DNA of 64,000 bases from a candidate division FCPU426 bacterium (GCA_963796105.1 CAWCKJ010000004.1:1248001-1312000); one strand, 5' to 3'; positions 42,960 through 53,526 are shown, numbered from the stretch's first letter. A program made the numbers and translations. Notes: a model not told the origin generated them from the sequence alone.

Positions 42960-43787
42960 TTATTCCTGCCCCGAAAGGGGAACGGACACCGTGTAACCCC
43001 GGCGTCCGGTCTTGTCGCTGATCACCAGGATTCCCTCCAAGGTATTGATGTTTTCCTGGAGCTGGTCGGAGCGCTTGATCTTCAACTGAATGGAGCTGCC
43101 CGAGATTTCACAGACCTGGGCCGGCGCGTTCTCGACCTGATTCGGGTGAAAAGGGAAGAAAAGGGCGGCGGCGGATTTGGAGTAAGATTCATCAGTCTCG
43201 AAAGACAACCGGAAATCCTTGGCGCCCAATGTCCCGTTGGTCTTCCAATCCTCCGGCCATTCCCCGGGGAGATTGCGGCGGGCGGTCCTGAACAGGGCCT
43301 CGTTGCGGGAATTATTGGAAGTTTTCCGGCGGACCGAAAGGCGTACGTTGAATTTGGCGTCGCCGGGAATACAGATTTCATTGCAGACCAGCCAGCGGAC
43401 ATGGGCGGACAGGCGGATGGTCCGTCCAGGTTTCAGGTGGGCAGGAACCTTCAGGGGAACCATGAGCATGACTTCGTTGGTGTAGCCGTAATCGGCCAAG
43501 TTTGGAATGGGCAGGCGCTGGGGAATGGTCCAAATGAATCCGCCGGCCTCGAATCCGTCGGGCATGGACCATTGGACGGAAGGGGTTTGGCCCGAGTCGC
43601 CCGGGTTTTTCCAATAGATATGCCAGCCTTTCTCCATCCGGAAATGAAACCCAAGAGTCACGCTTCCGCCTGGAACGATGGCTTTTTGCTCGGGAAGGAG
43701 CTCGACCTTCAGGTGACTTGTGTTTTGGGAATAAGCCGGACTTAAAAGGGAAAGAAAAAAAACCACGGAGAAAATCTTTCGAATCAT
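42960..43787 (-). CDS. DsbD N-terminal domain protein
   Basis: GWHIYWKNPGDSG, WLVCNEICIPG. Confidence 0.88.
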   Translation of the reverse strand: MIRKIFSVVFFLSLLSPAYSQNTSHLKVELLPEQKAIVPGGSVTLGFHFRMEKGWHIYWKNPGDSGQTPSVQWSMPDGFEAGGFIWTIPQRLPIPNLADYGYTNEVMLMVPLKVPAHLKPGRTIRLSAHVRWLVCNEICIPGDAKFNVRLSVRRKTSNNSRNEALFRTARRNLPGEWPEDWKTNGTLGAKDFRLSFETDESYSKSAAALFFPFHPNQVENAPAQVCEISGSSIQLKIKRSDQLQENINTLEGILVISDKTGRRGYTVSVPLSGQE

Positions 43788-44306
43788 TCAAATTCCTTTA
43801 TTAACAATTTTTATGGAATGGAGGTCATCCGACGTTAAACCGGCCGGAACGGACTTCTCCCCATCAAAATTTTGACGTTGAAAGGATCTGTTTCAGGCCG
43901 CTTAAAAGCCCGCTTTATGGTGCGGGGATATGTTATTCGGTTTTCATCCGGTAACCAATACTTGATTCGTTAAAGTTAGGACCGGATGATCTGAATCTAT
44001 CCCCATTGGCGGGCATATCATTGGAGGGTATTTGAACCAGCTGATTTCAGGCCCTGGCTTTAGCCGGGGACATGCCAGTCATCCACAAAACTATTATGAA
44101 GGCTGGTATCGTAATGATCCTTTTTCAGCCTAAAACGGGACGCGCGAGCCCCGTCATTCGGGCCATGAAAAATATTCGAAATCGGATTATGATTCTCTCT
44201 TAGGGGAGTCGGATGAAACTTAGCTGATGCTGTTGTTCGTCCAATGGGTGTAGGAAGAAAAAAAGCAGGAGTTTTGATTTATCCTGGAAATTTTAAGGAG
44301 TATGCC

Positions 44307-45680
44307 ATGATACGATTTCTCGCATTATTCGCCGTATTGGCTTTATCCCAGGGCCTGTCGGCATTTGGACAGGAACAGGACCGGGGTGGATGGAAAAAGG
44401 CGGATGACAGCCAGCAAGCGCCGGCCACTAATCATATCCTAAAACCAAGTGTGAACCGCCGGCAGGTTCCCGGCGCAACTCAAAGGGTCAGCGCCAAGAT
44501 CCAAACCAACGCATGGAATAAACGGAAACCCGTCCAAATTCAATTGAACAGTCCGGAAAACAACCAAGGGGTAAACAAAGGAGGGCAGGGCTTCACGGAA
44601 CGCCAAGCTGGGACCTTCCAGGCTTTCCACGCCCAACAGGACCAAAATATCCCCAGCCGGAACTGGAACGACCAGGTTTCCAAGCAATGGAACCAAAAAT
44701 TCCCCGCCAATAACTTGAATCAGCAGCCGGCCGCGGGGAGAAAGCCGGGCAACTTCTCGAATTTCCAGGCGGCCCAGGCAGCCGGGAGCAATGTTTCGCA
44801 CCACCATCCTTTCCAACCGGGTTATGTGAGGAAAAAACTCCAAAATCTGGGAATTCATTCGATCCCCATGCCCATCACTGAGCGAAGGCAGATTCTTTCC
44901 ACCGACCGGGCGCACTCCATCATCCGGTTGCCGGACCGTGGTTGGGACCGACAACCCTTGAGGGTGTCCCTGATCGAGCCCAAGCGCTTCGACGCGCCTT
45001 TCGTGCGGGAGCACATGGCCCTAGTGGCCGACGTGGAATTTACCGCGCGCATCGGTGAGTTCAACCGCGAGGAAGCCCGCAGGAATTTCTATTACTGGCA
45101 CCAGGACAGTGACTTCAACTATTGCCATTACGTGGATAACTGGGGATACCACTGGTACGGCTGGTACGTGGGCAGCGATTATTTCTGGACCCGCTTCTAT
45201 CAGAGCCGCTGGTGGTGGTACGACACCGACCATTTCAGGTGGTGCTTCTGGAATGGCGGGCGCTGGTGGTGGCAGGATCCCAACCATGTCGGCGACCTCT
45301 ATGTCTTCGTGAACAACAGTTATGTTCCCTGCAACTCGGCCAACGACCCGGTAGTGGTGAACGCGGCGCAGACCGGAAATGTTTCCGTCTATCACAGCCC
45401 GGATGGGAGCCGCATGGTCAAGGTGGTTTCGGGAGGAGACGCGTTCCTGTTTGACACGGCCATTCCACCGGCCTTCAACCCCATCTACCTGGCCTCCAAT
45501 GTAACGGGCGTGAGGTTCTCCAATACCGCCAATGGCGAACCCCTGCAGGTCCTCCTGGAACTGAGCGACGGCACCTTCGACGTGTTCGACAACCAAGGCA
45601 ACGCCATGAACTATACCCAAACCAGTTTTGACCAGGGTGATAACGGCAACAGCCCCGGCAATCCCCCGGCACAGCAGTAA
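44307..45680 (+). CDS. Hypothetical secreted protein with Gln/Asn-rich N-terminus and Trp/Tyr-rich domain
   Basis: AAGGAG RBS, signal peptide, WYGWY/WWWY/WWWQ clusters. Confidence 0.75.
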   Translation: MIRFLALFAVLALSQGLSAFGQEQDRGGWKKADDSQQAPATNHILKPSVNRRQVPGATQRVSAKIQTNAWNKRKPVQIQLNSPENNQGVNKGGQGFTERQAGTFQAFHAQQDQNIPSRNWNDQVSKQWNQKFPANNLNQQPAAGRKPGNFSNFQAAQAAGSNVSHHHPFQPGYVRKKLQNLGIHSIPMPITERRQILSTDRAHSIIRLPDRGWDRQPLRVSLIEPKRFDAPFVREHMALVADVEFTARIGEFNREEARRNFYYWHQDSDFNYCHYVDNWGYHWYGWYVGSDYFWTRFYQSRWWWYDTDHFRWCFWNGGRWWWQDPNHVGDLYVFVNNSYVPCNSANDPVVVNAAQTGNVSVYHSPDGSRMVKVVSGGDAFLFDTAIPPAFNPIYLASNVTGVRFSNTANGEPLQVLLELSDGTFDVFDNQGNAMNYTQTSFDQGDNGNSPGNPPAQQ

Positions 45681-45785
45681 AGAAGCGGCGCTTTTTGGGA
45701 AATAGGAATTTTTCACCGTCAAGGGATGTCCCTTGACGGTGAATTTTATTTTGAGCCCTTCGGTATTGAAAATAAGGGATCTTGC

Positions 45786-46301
45786 GTGAAAAGAATAATA
45801 AACATTGCCTGGCTTTCTCTCTTCCTGCTTCTTCTGGCCATTCTGGCCCTGATGAGCCCGGTTTTACCGGACCCTATGGCTACCCATTTCGATTTCGCCG
45901 GCAAACCCAACGGATGGCAGGACAAGTCCGCTTACCTGTCCACTATGCTGACGATTGGGTTGGTCACAAACGCGATTTTCTTATCTACGGCCTATTTCAT
46001 GCGGTTTATCCCGGGGAGCATGATCAACCTCCCCAGGAAGGATTTTTGGTTCAGCACTCCGGAGAGGAAAGCGCGGGCCATGGAAAAACTCAAACTGGTC
46101 ATGGGCGTACCAGGCGTTATGGTGAATTTCATCCTGTGCCTGGCCCAGCAGGCGGTCTACCAAGCCAACGCGCCCAAGCCCCTGTTTGCCCTGCCGGAAG
46201 GATTCCTGCCTTTATTCATCGGCTTAATCCTGCTCCTATCTTTTGCCCTGGTCCTATTCATGATCCGCTTTTTCAAACCGGATGAAGAAGAAGTCCCGTG
46301 A
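45786..46301 (+). CDS. DUF1648 membrane protein
   Basis: LPDPMATHFDFAGKPNGW, INLPRKDFW. Confidence 0.85.
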   Translation: MKRIINIAWLSLFLLLLAILALMSPVLPDPMATHFDFAGKPNGWQDKSAYLSTMLTIGLVTNAIFLSTAYFMRFIPGSMINLPRKDFWFSTPERKARAMEKLKLVMGVPGVMVNFILCLAQQAVYQANAPKPLFALPEGFLPLFIGLILLLSFALVLFMIRFFKPDEEEVP

Positions 46302-47155
46302 ATCACGGGTTTTCGAAAGGGGGTTTGATGACGGGAAAGCTCTTTCCGTGTTTATTCCTTTTCTTGAGCCTCTGGGCTTTTCCGGTATGGGGGGGTACCC
46401 CGGCAATCCCGCCGGTTAAGGAATTATCCGGCGGGGGAAAAATCCGGCAATGCCAGGATGAACTTCAGAAGAATCCCCGGGACGCGGGTGCTTTCGACCG
46501 ATGGGGCTTGGTTTTAATGGAACAGGGGGAACTCCAGGAGGCCCTTGCCAAATTCCAGGATGCCGTCAAGACACGCCCTCGATTTGGGGAGGCTTATTAT
46601 CATTGGGGTTTGGCCCTCAACAAACTGGAGGCCTACGGGGAAGCCTGCGAAAAATTCCAGAAGGCCGTCGAGATCTCACCGCGCCTTTCCCAAGCCTTTT
46701 ACCAGTGGAGCCGGGCCCTCATGGCCATGGGGGAGTACCAGAAGGCCGGGGAGAAATGCCAAAAGGCCCTCGCCATCGATCCCAAGGACGCCCAGGCTTA
46801 CGTGGACTGGGGCATCATCCTGGGCCAGCAGGGGAAGCACGCGGAGGCGATCCGAAAATTCCAGAAGGCCCTGGAGATCGACCCGGAGTTTGAGAACGCC
46901 TATTTCGACTGGGGAATGACCTTTTTGGATTGGGGATTCCCTGAAAAATCGCTGGCCCGGTTCAAAAAAGCCGCTGAATTGGATTCAGGCGACGCCCAAG
47001 TCTATTACTATTGGGGATTGGCCTTAGAACAGACGGGAGACCTAAAAGGCGCCTTGGACAAACTGGGAACCGTCGAAAAAATTAAAGACCAGCGCTGGAG
47101 CGGCGCGGCCAGGGCGGAGATTTTCCGGATCCAGGACAAACTCACGAAACCGTGA
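46298..47155 (+). CDS. Secreted TPR-repeat protein
   Basis: Repeated AYxxWG...A..KFQKA.EIDP. Confidence 0.88.
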   Translation: MNHGFSKGGLMTGKLFPCLFLFLSLWAFPVWGGTPAIPPVKELSGGGKIRQCQDELQKNPRDAGAFDRWGLVLMEQGELQEALAKFQDAVKTRPRFGEAYYHWGLALNKLEAYGEACEKFQKAVEISPRLSQAFYQWSRALMAMGEYQKAGEKCQKALAIDPKDAQAYVDWGIILGQQGKHAEAIRKFQKALEIDPEFENAYFDWGMTFLDWGFPEKSLARFKKAAELDSGDAQVYYYWGLALEQTGDLKGALDKLGTVEKIKDQRWSGAARAEIFRIQDKLTKP

Positions 47156-47236
47156 GGAAAGTTTTATCCGGCATGCCTTGGCTTTAAAAGTCATCGTTGA
47201 AATCTAGGGGGAGCGATGGGATGCCGCCGAAATTTC

Positions 47237-47668
47237 TCAGCTTCCGCTTGTAACCTGGGACTTAGCCGGGGTGACCTGGAAAAGCTCGATCTTCCACTTC
47301 TTCTCTTCCCTTATTGCCAGGAGGGTATGGAAAGCTTCCAGGGCCGGGTCGATTTCCCGCCCCCCGGGGGGAATCGTCCCGGCTTCCCCCAAAAGCAGGG
47401 CGGCGTCGTCACCCAGTGAACGGATCTCGCGCACTTTCCAATCGAATGTGCCTGTCGGGTGTTTGAGGAAAATCCCGGCCAGGTGGGCCTCGATCGGGCC
47501 CCGCCGGTTGATGAAGGCGCCCTCGAAACCTATGATGTTCCCGGCATCCGTAAAAAGGGACGCCATGCCGTAGGAGTCCCTGTGATTCCACCTATCCAGA
47601 AGGTGCTGGTAAAGTTCGACGATGTTTTTTTCCACCACGAACTTTTCCATTTGTTTATTGACTTCCAA
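47237..47668 (-). CDS. SgcJ/EcaC-like (SnoaL/NTF2 fold) protein
   Basis: WNHRD...ASLFTDAGNIIGFEG...KVREIRSL...WKIELFQVTPA. Confidence 0.8.
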   Translation of the reverse strand: MEVNKQMEKFVVEKNIVELYQHLLDRWNHRDSYGMASLFTDAGNIIGFEGAFINRRGPIEAHLAGIFLKHPTGTFDWKVREIRSLGDDAALLLGEAGTIPPGGREIDPALEAFHTLLAIREEKKWKIELFQVTPAKSQVTSGS

Positions 47669-47991
47669 GATTCACCCCTTGTTGACAAACATCCGGATCA
47701 CTTAATCATTTTTGGATGATCGATGGCAAGCGGTATTTTACCGGAATTGGCCATGGGTTCCTAAATTCTCTTTTGCTAAAAATATAATAAGCTCCCGGTT
47801 TGTTTCCGGAGCCTCTTTTTTATTCAAAAAGCCCCCTGCTGAGGGCCGGGATTGCGCTGTTTGGTTTTAAAGGTATAATCAAGCCTCTAAAAACCTCCCT
47901 ATTTACGTGTTCTGTCCCTCGAAAAAAGCTGAAAACCATAGGGGTTATGAATGGGTATTTAGGTCCCAGTCTGTTTTAAAGGAGATGTTCC

Positions 47992-48693
47992 GTGGAAAAA
48001 AAGCGCAAGAAATCAAGGACCCCGTCAAAACGGGTCACGAGAAAAAGCCGCCCGGATTCCAAGACCCCGAAAGGATTAGTGTTATTGATCCGCCTGGGTA
48101 TCCTTGTGGTGATCACTTCCGCGGTTATCTTTTGGCTGAAGCCCTCAAAGCCCTCCCCCGCGGCTTCCCCCTCGGTCCAAACGGCCCCGTCGCGATCGCC
48201 CATGGAAATCGCCCAAAGCTTTATTGATTCAAACGCCCCATTGGCCAACCAGCCATTCGAGTACACCGTGGATGGGGTTAAGGTATCGCGCGCTTTTTCG
48301 AATTGGGGGGGGCATCCCATGAAGGACGTGAGCGTCATCGGAAAAGTATTGAACATCAATAAAAAAATCTTCAAGGAAGGCATCGGGACCCAAGCGCCCT
48401 CGGTGATTGTCTTTGAACTGAACGGCAAAGTCAGGCGTTTTTCCTGCCAAGCCGGGGCCGATATCGAGGGAGGGGGTTCTAATCAATTGATATTCGCGGT
48501 CAAGGCGGACAATAAAAAAGTTTATCAAAGCCCGAAGGTGGTAAGGGCCAACGAGGACCCCGTTTCCATAGACTTAAACGTGGCGGGAGTGAAGGAATTG
48601 AGCCTGGTGGTCGCCGCCCATGGCGATGACGCATGGAAACAAGCGGATTGGGTGGACCTTCATTTCACAAAAGCCGGAAGTTCTTCCGAGTAG
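47992..48693 (+). CDS. Membrane-anchored NPCBM/NEW2 domain protein
   Basis: GIGTQAPSVIVFEL...FSCQAG...GVKELSLVV...ADWVD. Confidence 0.82.
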   Translation: MEKKRKKSRTPSKRVTRKSRPDSKTPKGLVLLIRLGILVVITSAVIFWLKPSKPSPAASPSVQTAPSRSPMEIAQSFIDSNAPLANQPFEYTVDGVKVSRAFSNWGGHPMKDVSVIGKVLNINKKIFKEGIGTQAPSVIVFELNGKVRRFSCQAGADIEGGGSNQLIFAVKADNKKVYQSPKVVRANEDPVSIDLNVAGVKELSLVVAAHGDDAWKQADWVDLHFTKAGSSSE

Positions 48694-48759
48694 CCAAGGA
48701 ACGATTCCGGAACATTTAATAAATAAAGCCTGATTTCACGGTTTCTTGATGTCTGGAAT

Positions 48760-49461
48760 TTAATCCAGGAAACGGTACCGGATCAGGCAGTAAAGGGCCA
48801 CGATGCCGTCCCGCCAGGTGATTTTTTTCCCTTCCTCGAAGCCCCGGCCCCGGAAGGAAATGGGAATCTCGTAGAGTTTATATCCCCTTTTCAGGATCTT
48901 GGCTGTGACCTCCGGCTCGAAATCAAAACGGTTGGACCTCAATGGAAGCCCCCGGATGATGTCCCCCCGGAAAGCCTTATAGCAGGTTTCCATGTCCGTC
49001 AGGGTGGTGTCATACAAAACATTGGTAAGAAGGGTCAGGAATTTATTGCCGACCAGGTGCCAGAACAAGAAGGCCCGGTGCAAACCCAGGAAGCGGGAAC
49101 CATAAACGACATCCGCCTCCCTCTTCACAAGGGGCTCCAATATTTTCTCATAATCCTTGGGGTCATATTCCAAATCCGCGTCTTGAATGATGACGAACTG
49201 GCCATGGGTATGGGGAAGGGCGGTACGGATGGCCGCGCCCTTGCCCCGGTTTTTCTCGTGATGGAATATTTTCCCGTTTTTCAGCCGTGTTTTTCTTAGG
49301 ATTTCGGGCGTCCGGTCGGTGGACCCGTCGTTGACGACGATGATTTCCTTCTTCATATTGAATAATTTGACCGATTCCACTTTTTTCAAGAGCGGAATGA
49401 AAGTGTCCTGCTCGTTAAAAACTGGAATGATGATGGAGAGGGTCAGGGGCTTTGTGGACAT
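48760..49461 (-). CDS. Glycosyltransferase family 2 (DPM1-like)
   Basis: SIIIPVFNE, VNDGSTD, NRGKGAA, IQDADLEYDP, DMETCYK. Confidence 0.92.
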   Translation of the reverse strand: MSTKPLTLSIIIPVFNEQDTFIPLLKKVESVKLFNMKKEIIVVNDGSTDRTPEILRKTRLKNGKIFHHEKNRGKGAAIRTALPHTHGQFVIIQDADLEYDPKDYEKILEPLVKREADVVYGSRFLGLHRAFLFWHLVGNKFLTLLTNVLYDTTLTDMETCYKAFRGDIIRGLPLRSNRFDFEPEVTAKILKRGYKLYEIPISFRGRGFEEGKKITWRDGIVALYCLIRYRFLD

Positions 49462-49643
49462 ATTGAGGCGATTCTAACCTGGAATAAAACCGGACTCAAT
49501 AACGACCTGTCGAATAAGGCCTTAAAAAGGGGATAAATCCCCCGGCTTCAAGCCGGGTGTCCCTGAATTTCCAAACACTTGCAATTGAATGGGACCGGCA
49601 ATAAAGTGTGATTTCTTCTGAATCTCACCTGGAGGGATGGACG

Positions 49644-50411
49644 ATGAAATGGAGAATATTCCTGGTTTTGACGCTGGCTTTGGGCCTCATGACAACCGCT
49701 GGATGCGGGAGCAAGGATGAGGACGAACTGGGCGCGGGAGGCGAGGGGAACGCGCCGCCGGCGGCCAAAATGGGAACCGGGGTTATCAGCGGCAAAGTGG
49801 TCTTGAACGGAAAGGCCCCCGCCGGGGAGCCCATTAATTTCTCGGGGGACCCGGTCTGCATGTCCCAGCATTCGGGCAAGATCCTGGACGAGACGGTCCA
49901 GGTGGACGCCAAGAACGACCTCGTGAACGTACTGGTTTACGTCAAGGACGGCGCGGGCGTTTACCCGGCGCCCTCGCTGGCCATGACCCTCACCCAAAAG
50001 GGCTGCCAATACTCACCCCGTGTTTTCGGCATCCAGGCCAACCAGCCCCTGGAGATCCTCAACGACGATCCCACGCTCCACAACGTGCACGCCATGCCGG
50101 TCAGCAACGACGCCTTCAACGTGGGCCAGCCGAGCCAGGGCATGATGACCGAGAAGAAATTCGAGAAGCCCGAGGTTCCGGTGAAGTTCAAGTGCGACGT
50201 GCACAGCTGGATGCACTGCGTGGCCGGGGTTTTTGCCCATCCCTTTTTCGCCGTGTCGGGGGCGGACGGGACCTATAAGATCACGGGTCTTCCGGCCGGA
50301 AGCTATACCCTGGCGGCTTACCAGGAGAAATACGGGGAATCGGCGCCCCTGACGGTGGACTTGAAGGATGGGGAGGCCAAATCCCTGGATTTCACCTTTA
50401 AAGCGCAGTAA
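49644..50411 (+). CDS. Lipoprotein with cupredoxin-like and carboxypeptidase-regulatory-like domains
   Basis: Lipobox TAGC; QKGCQYSP, NDDPTLHNVH, KCDVHSWM, HPFFAVS. Confidence 0.75.
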   Translation: MKWRIFLVLTLALGLMTTAGCGSKDEDELGAGGEGNAPPAAKMGTGVISGKVVLNGKAPAGEPINFSGDPVCMSQHSGKILDETVQVDAKNDLVNVLVYVKDGAGVYPAPSLAMTLTQKGCQYSPRVFGIQANQPLEILNDDPTLHNVHAMPVSNDAFNVGQPSQGMMTEKKFEKPEVPVKFKCDVHSWMHCVAGVFAHPFFAVSGADGTYKITGLPAGSYTLAAYQEKYGESAPLTVDLKDGEAKSLDFTFKAQ

Positions 50412-50562
50412 TTATTTTTTGGGTTAAACATAGCGGAAGTCAGACTGCTACAATTTAGCCGTTCTCCTTGGCTTTGGATCAGAATCCAGGGCCATTTTTA
50501 TGAACTTGAAATGCCAAGCCTCCCGGAAATGAGGGAGTCGGGGCGGAAAGGAATGGATTCCC

Positions 50563-51483
50563 ATGGAACCGAACCAATTTTCCTACCACCAAGGACTCCA
50601 CCGGTACGCCCTCGTCACGGCCTGCTGCACCTTTTTCCTTGTCCTGGCCGGCGCCATGGTGACCAGCACCGGGTCGAGCCTTTCCGTGCCGGACTGGCCG
50701 CTTTCCTTCGGGAAATTTTTTCCCCCCATGACGGGGGGCGTTTTTTACGAGCACGGGCACCGGATGGTGGCTGGCACCGTAGCCTTGATGATGACGGGAT
50801 TGGCCTTCGCGGTCCAAAGGATCGAGAAACGAAAAGGGGTCAAGGCCCTGGCTTGGGGAGCGGTGGGTGCGGTGGTGCTCCAGGCGGTCCTGGGGGGCGT
50901 CACGGTCTTGATGCACCTTCCCACGGCTGTTTCGGTTTTCCACGCTGGGCTGGCCCAGATTTTCCTATGCCTGACGGTTTCCCTGGCCCTGGTGACCTCA
51001 AAAGGCTGGATGGAGGAAAAACAAGGACGCCTTGCCGGGCGGGACCCCGTCGTTCCCCGCTGGACCTTGATCGCGGTCCTGGCCATTTACACCCAGGTCA
51101 TCATCGGCGCGGTCATGCGCCACAGCGGCGGGGGACTGGCTATCCCTGACTTTCCTTTGAGTTTCGGGCATCTTTATCCCCCCGAGTGGACTTTCCTCAT
51201 CCTGGTGAATTTTACCCACAGGGTCGGCGCCTTGATCGTGCTCCTTCTGGTGAATTTTATCAGCTACAGGGTCTGTGTTCATTTCACGGAGGAACCAGGC
51301 CTTTTCCTTCCCGCTGTAGCGGGGGTTTTCCTGGTTTGGCTCCAATGCGTCCTGGGCATGCTGGTAGTGGTCACGGGGAAAGACGCTTTTCCCACCTCGG
51401 CGCATGTGCTGATCGGGGCGGGGGTTCTGGCCTCGATGCTGGTGCTGGCCTTGTCCAGCCGAAGGGTATTCATAAAGGGCTGA
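50563..51483 (+). CDS. ctaA: Heme A synthase (COX15/CtaA family)
   Basis: GAMVTSTGSSLSVPDWP, YEHGHR, QAVLGG, HAGLAQ, HRVGA. Confidence 0.88.
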   Translation: MEPNQFSYHQGLHRYALVTACCTFFLVLAGAMVTSTGSSLSVPDWPLSFGKFFPPMTGGVFYEHGHRMVAGTVALMMTGLAFAVQRIEKRKGVKALAWGAVGAVVLQAVLGGVTVLMHLPTAVSVFHAGLAQIFLCLTVSLALVTSKGWMEEKQGRLAGRDPVVPRWTLIAVLAIYTQVIIGAVMRHSGGGLAIPDFPLSFGHLYPPEWTFLILVNFTHRVGALIVLLLVNFISYRVCVHFTEEPGLFLPAVAGVFLVWLQCVLGMLVVVTGKDAFPTSAHVLIGAGVLASMLVLALSSRRVFIKG

Positions 51484-51502
51484 TATCAAGAAAGGTTTTA
51501 CA

Positions 51503-52363
51503 TTGATGAGCGCAAAACTCTCGGATTTCGCGGCGCTGACCAAACCCCGCTTGAATTTCCTGGCCATCCTGACCACCCTCGCGGGCTTCTATATGGGAAG
51601 CACAGGCCCCCTGGATAAACATCTCCTCCTCTTCACCCTCCTGGGCGCCGGGGGCGTGGCGGCGGGGTGCGGAACCTTGAACCAATGGCTTGAGAAGGCC
51701 GAGGACGGCCTCATGAACCGGACGAAAACCAGGCCCCTTCCCGCAGGCCGACTTCCCCTCCCGCAGGCTTTTTGGTTCGGCCTGTCGCTTTCCCTCCTGG
51801 GACTGCTGTTGCTTTACTTCAGGGTGAATGAATTGACGGCCTTCCTGGGCCTGACCGCGCTCGTCAGCTACCTGGTTTTCTACACTCCCCTCAAAAAGAT
51901 GACCTCCCTCTGCACCGTGGTCGGGGCGGTGCCGGGCGCCATGCCTCCCTTGATGGGTTTCGCGGGAGCCAGGCACCAGCTCACCTTCGAGGGCTGGGCC
52001 CTTTTCGCCATCCTTTTCTTCTGGCAGATGCCTCATTTTCTTTCCATCGGATGGATTTACCGCGAGGATTACGCTAAAGCCGGGTTTCCCATGATGTCGG
52101 TCAAGGACCCGGGGGGAGCGAGCACGGGGTTTCTGGCGGTTTCCTACGCCGTGGCGCTCCTGCCGATTTCGATGCTTCCGGCCTTCCTGGGGATGTCCGG
52201 GCCCATTTATTTCTGGTGCGCGGTTGCGCTGAGCACCGCATTCCTCGTTTTCAGCGCGCTTTTGGCCTACCGGAAAACCCTGCCCCAGGCCCGGAAGCTG
52301 TTTTTCGCCTCGATCATTTACCTGCCGCTTCTTTTTTTATTGATGGCGCTTGATAAGATTTGA
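51503..52363 (+). CDS. ctaB: Protoheme IX farnesyltransferase (heme O synthase)
   Basis: LTKPR, DGLMNRTKTRPLP, YTPLKK, GAMPPLMG, WQMPHF, REDYAKAGFPM. Confidence 0.95.
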   Translation: MMSAKLSDFAALTKPRLNFLAILTTLAGFYMGSTGPLDKHLLLFTLLGAGGVAAGCGTLNQWLEKAEDGLMNRTKTRPLPAGRLPLPQAFWFGLSLSLLGLLLLYFRVNELTAFLGLTALVSYLVFYTPLKKMTSLCTVVGAVPGAMPPLMGFAGARHQLTFEGWALFAILFFWQMPHFLSIGWIYREDYAKAGFPMMSVKDPGGASTGFLAVSYAVALLPISMLPAFLGMSGPIYFWCAVALSTAFLVFSALLAYRKTLPQARKLFFASIIYLPLLFLLMALDKI

Positions 52364-52390
52364 CAAGGTATGGTGAGTTTTTAACTATGC

Positions 52391-52544
52391 TGTCATTGAT
52401 GCGAGGAATGCCCCGCGAATAGCGGGGCGTTTATGACGAAGCAACCTCAGTTTTAATAGCTTTACATGAGGTCGCAAAACGAACGACTAACTTGGGTCGC
52501 CACGTCGCAAATCGCCCCGATTGGGGCTGCTCCTCGCGATGACA
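52391..52544. repeat. Palindromic MITE/REP-like element
   Basis: Ends tgtcattgatgcgagg and cctcgcgatgaca are inverted repeats; internal hairpins gccccgc/gcggggc and gcccc/ggggc. Confidence 0.65.
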
Positions 52545-52593
52545 GATTAAAAATTAGAAATTAAAAGTGCCCTAAAGTACATTGCGGAGAAAT

Positions 52594-53526
52594 ATGGAAA
52601 ACCTGATTGAAGTTCAAAACCTATCCTATCAATACGGCCAGACCAAAGCCCTGGAGGGGCTGACCTTTTCCGTGGGCCGGGGGGAAATCTTCGGGTTTCT
52701 CGGACCCAACGGCGGGGGAAAAACCACGGCCTTCAAGGTCCTCTCGACGCTTTTCGCCTGCCGAAAGGGCGAGGTCAAGATCTTCGGATTGGACATGGCG
52801 GGGGACACCCTGGCGGTGCGCCGCAGGATGGGCGTGGTTTTCCAAATTCCCGCCCTGGACAAGAAACTCACCGTGCGGGAGAACCTCGGGCATCAGGGGC
52901 ATCTTTACGGCCTTTTTGGGAAGGAACTGGAACGCCGGATCGACCGGGACCTGGAGCGATTGGGTTTGACTGACCGGACGAAGAACCGGGTGGAAACCCT
53001 CTCCGGCGGGCTTCAGCGCAGGGTGGAACTGGCCAAGGCCCTGTTGAACGACCCGGAACTCCTGATCCTGGACGAGCCATCCACCGGCTTGGACCCCGCG
53101 GCCCGGAAGGATTTCTGGGGGCAATTGGAAAACCTGCGCCAAAGCAGGCAAATGACCGTGCTGGTAACCACCCATTACCTGGAGGAAGCCGACCGCTGCG
53201 ACCGGCTCCTGATCCTGGACCAGGGCCGGACCGTGGCCCTGGGGAAGCCGGAGCAGTTGAAGGCTGAAATCGGCGGGGAAGTGCTAAGCATCAAGGCGAA
53301 AAATCCCGATAAACTTTTAAAGGAGATCGGCGAGAAACTGAAAGTGAAGCCCGTGATGATGTCGGGATTGATCCAGATTGAACAGCCCAAAGCCCATAAC
53401 TTAGTAGCGCCTCTTTTGGAGGCTTTCCCGGACGAGGTGGTGTCGCTCACTCTGGGTGCTCCAACTTTAGAGGATGTGTTTATCCACAAGACAGGCAAGC
53501 GTTTTATCAGCGGCGAGGAAAAATGA
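52594..53526 (+). CDS. ABC-2 type transporter ATP-binding protein
   Basis: GPNGGGKTT, LSGG, LILDEP, TTHY. Confidence 0.95.
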   Translation: MENLIEVQNLSYQYGQTKALEGLTFSVGRGEIFGFLGPNGGGKTTAFKVLSTLFACRKGEVKIFGLDMAGDTLAVRRRMGVVFQIPALDKKLTVRENLGHQGHLYGLFGKELERRIDRDLERLGLTDRTKNRVETLSGGLQRRVELAKALLNDPELLILDEPSTGLDPAARKDFWGQLENLRQSRQMTVLVTTHYLEEADRCDRLLILDQGRTVALGKPEQLKAEIGGEVLSIKAKNPDKLLKEIGEKLKVKPVMMSGLIQIEQPKAHNLVAPLLEAFPDEVVSLTLGAPTLEDVFIHKTGKRFISGEEK

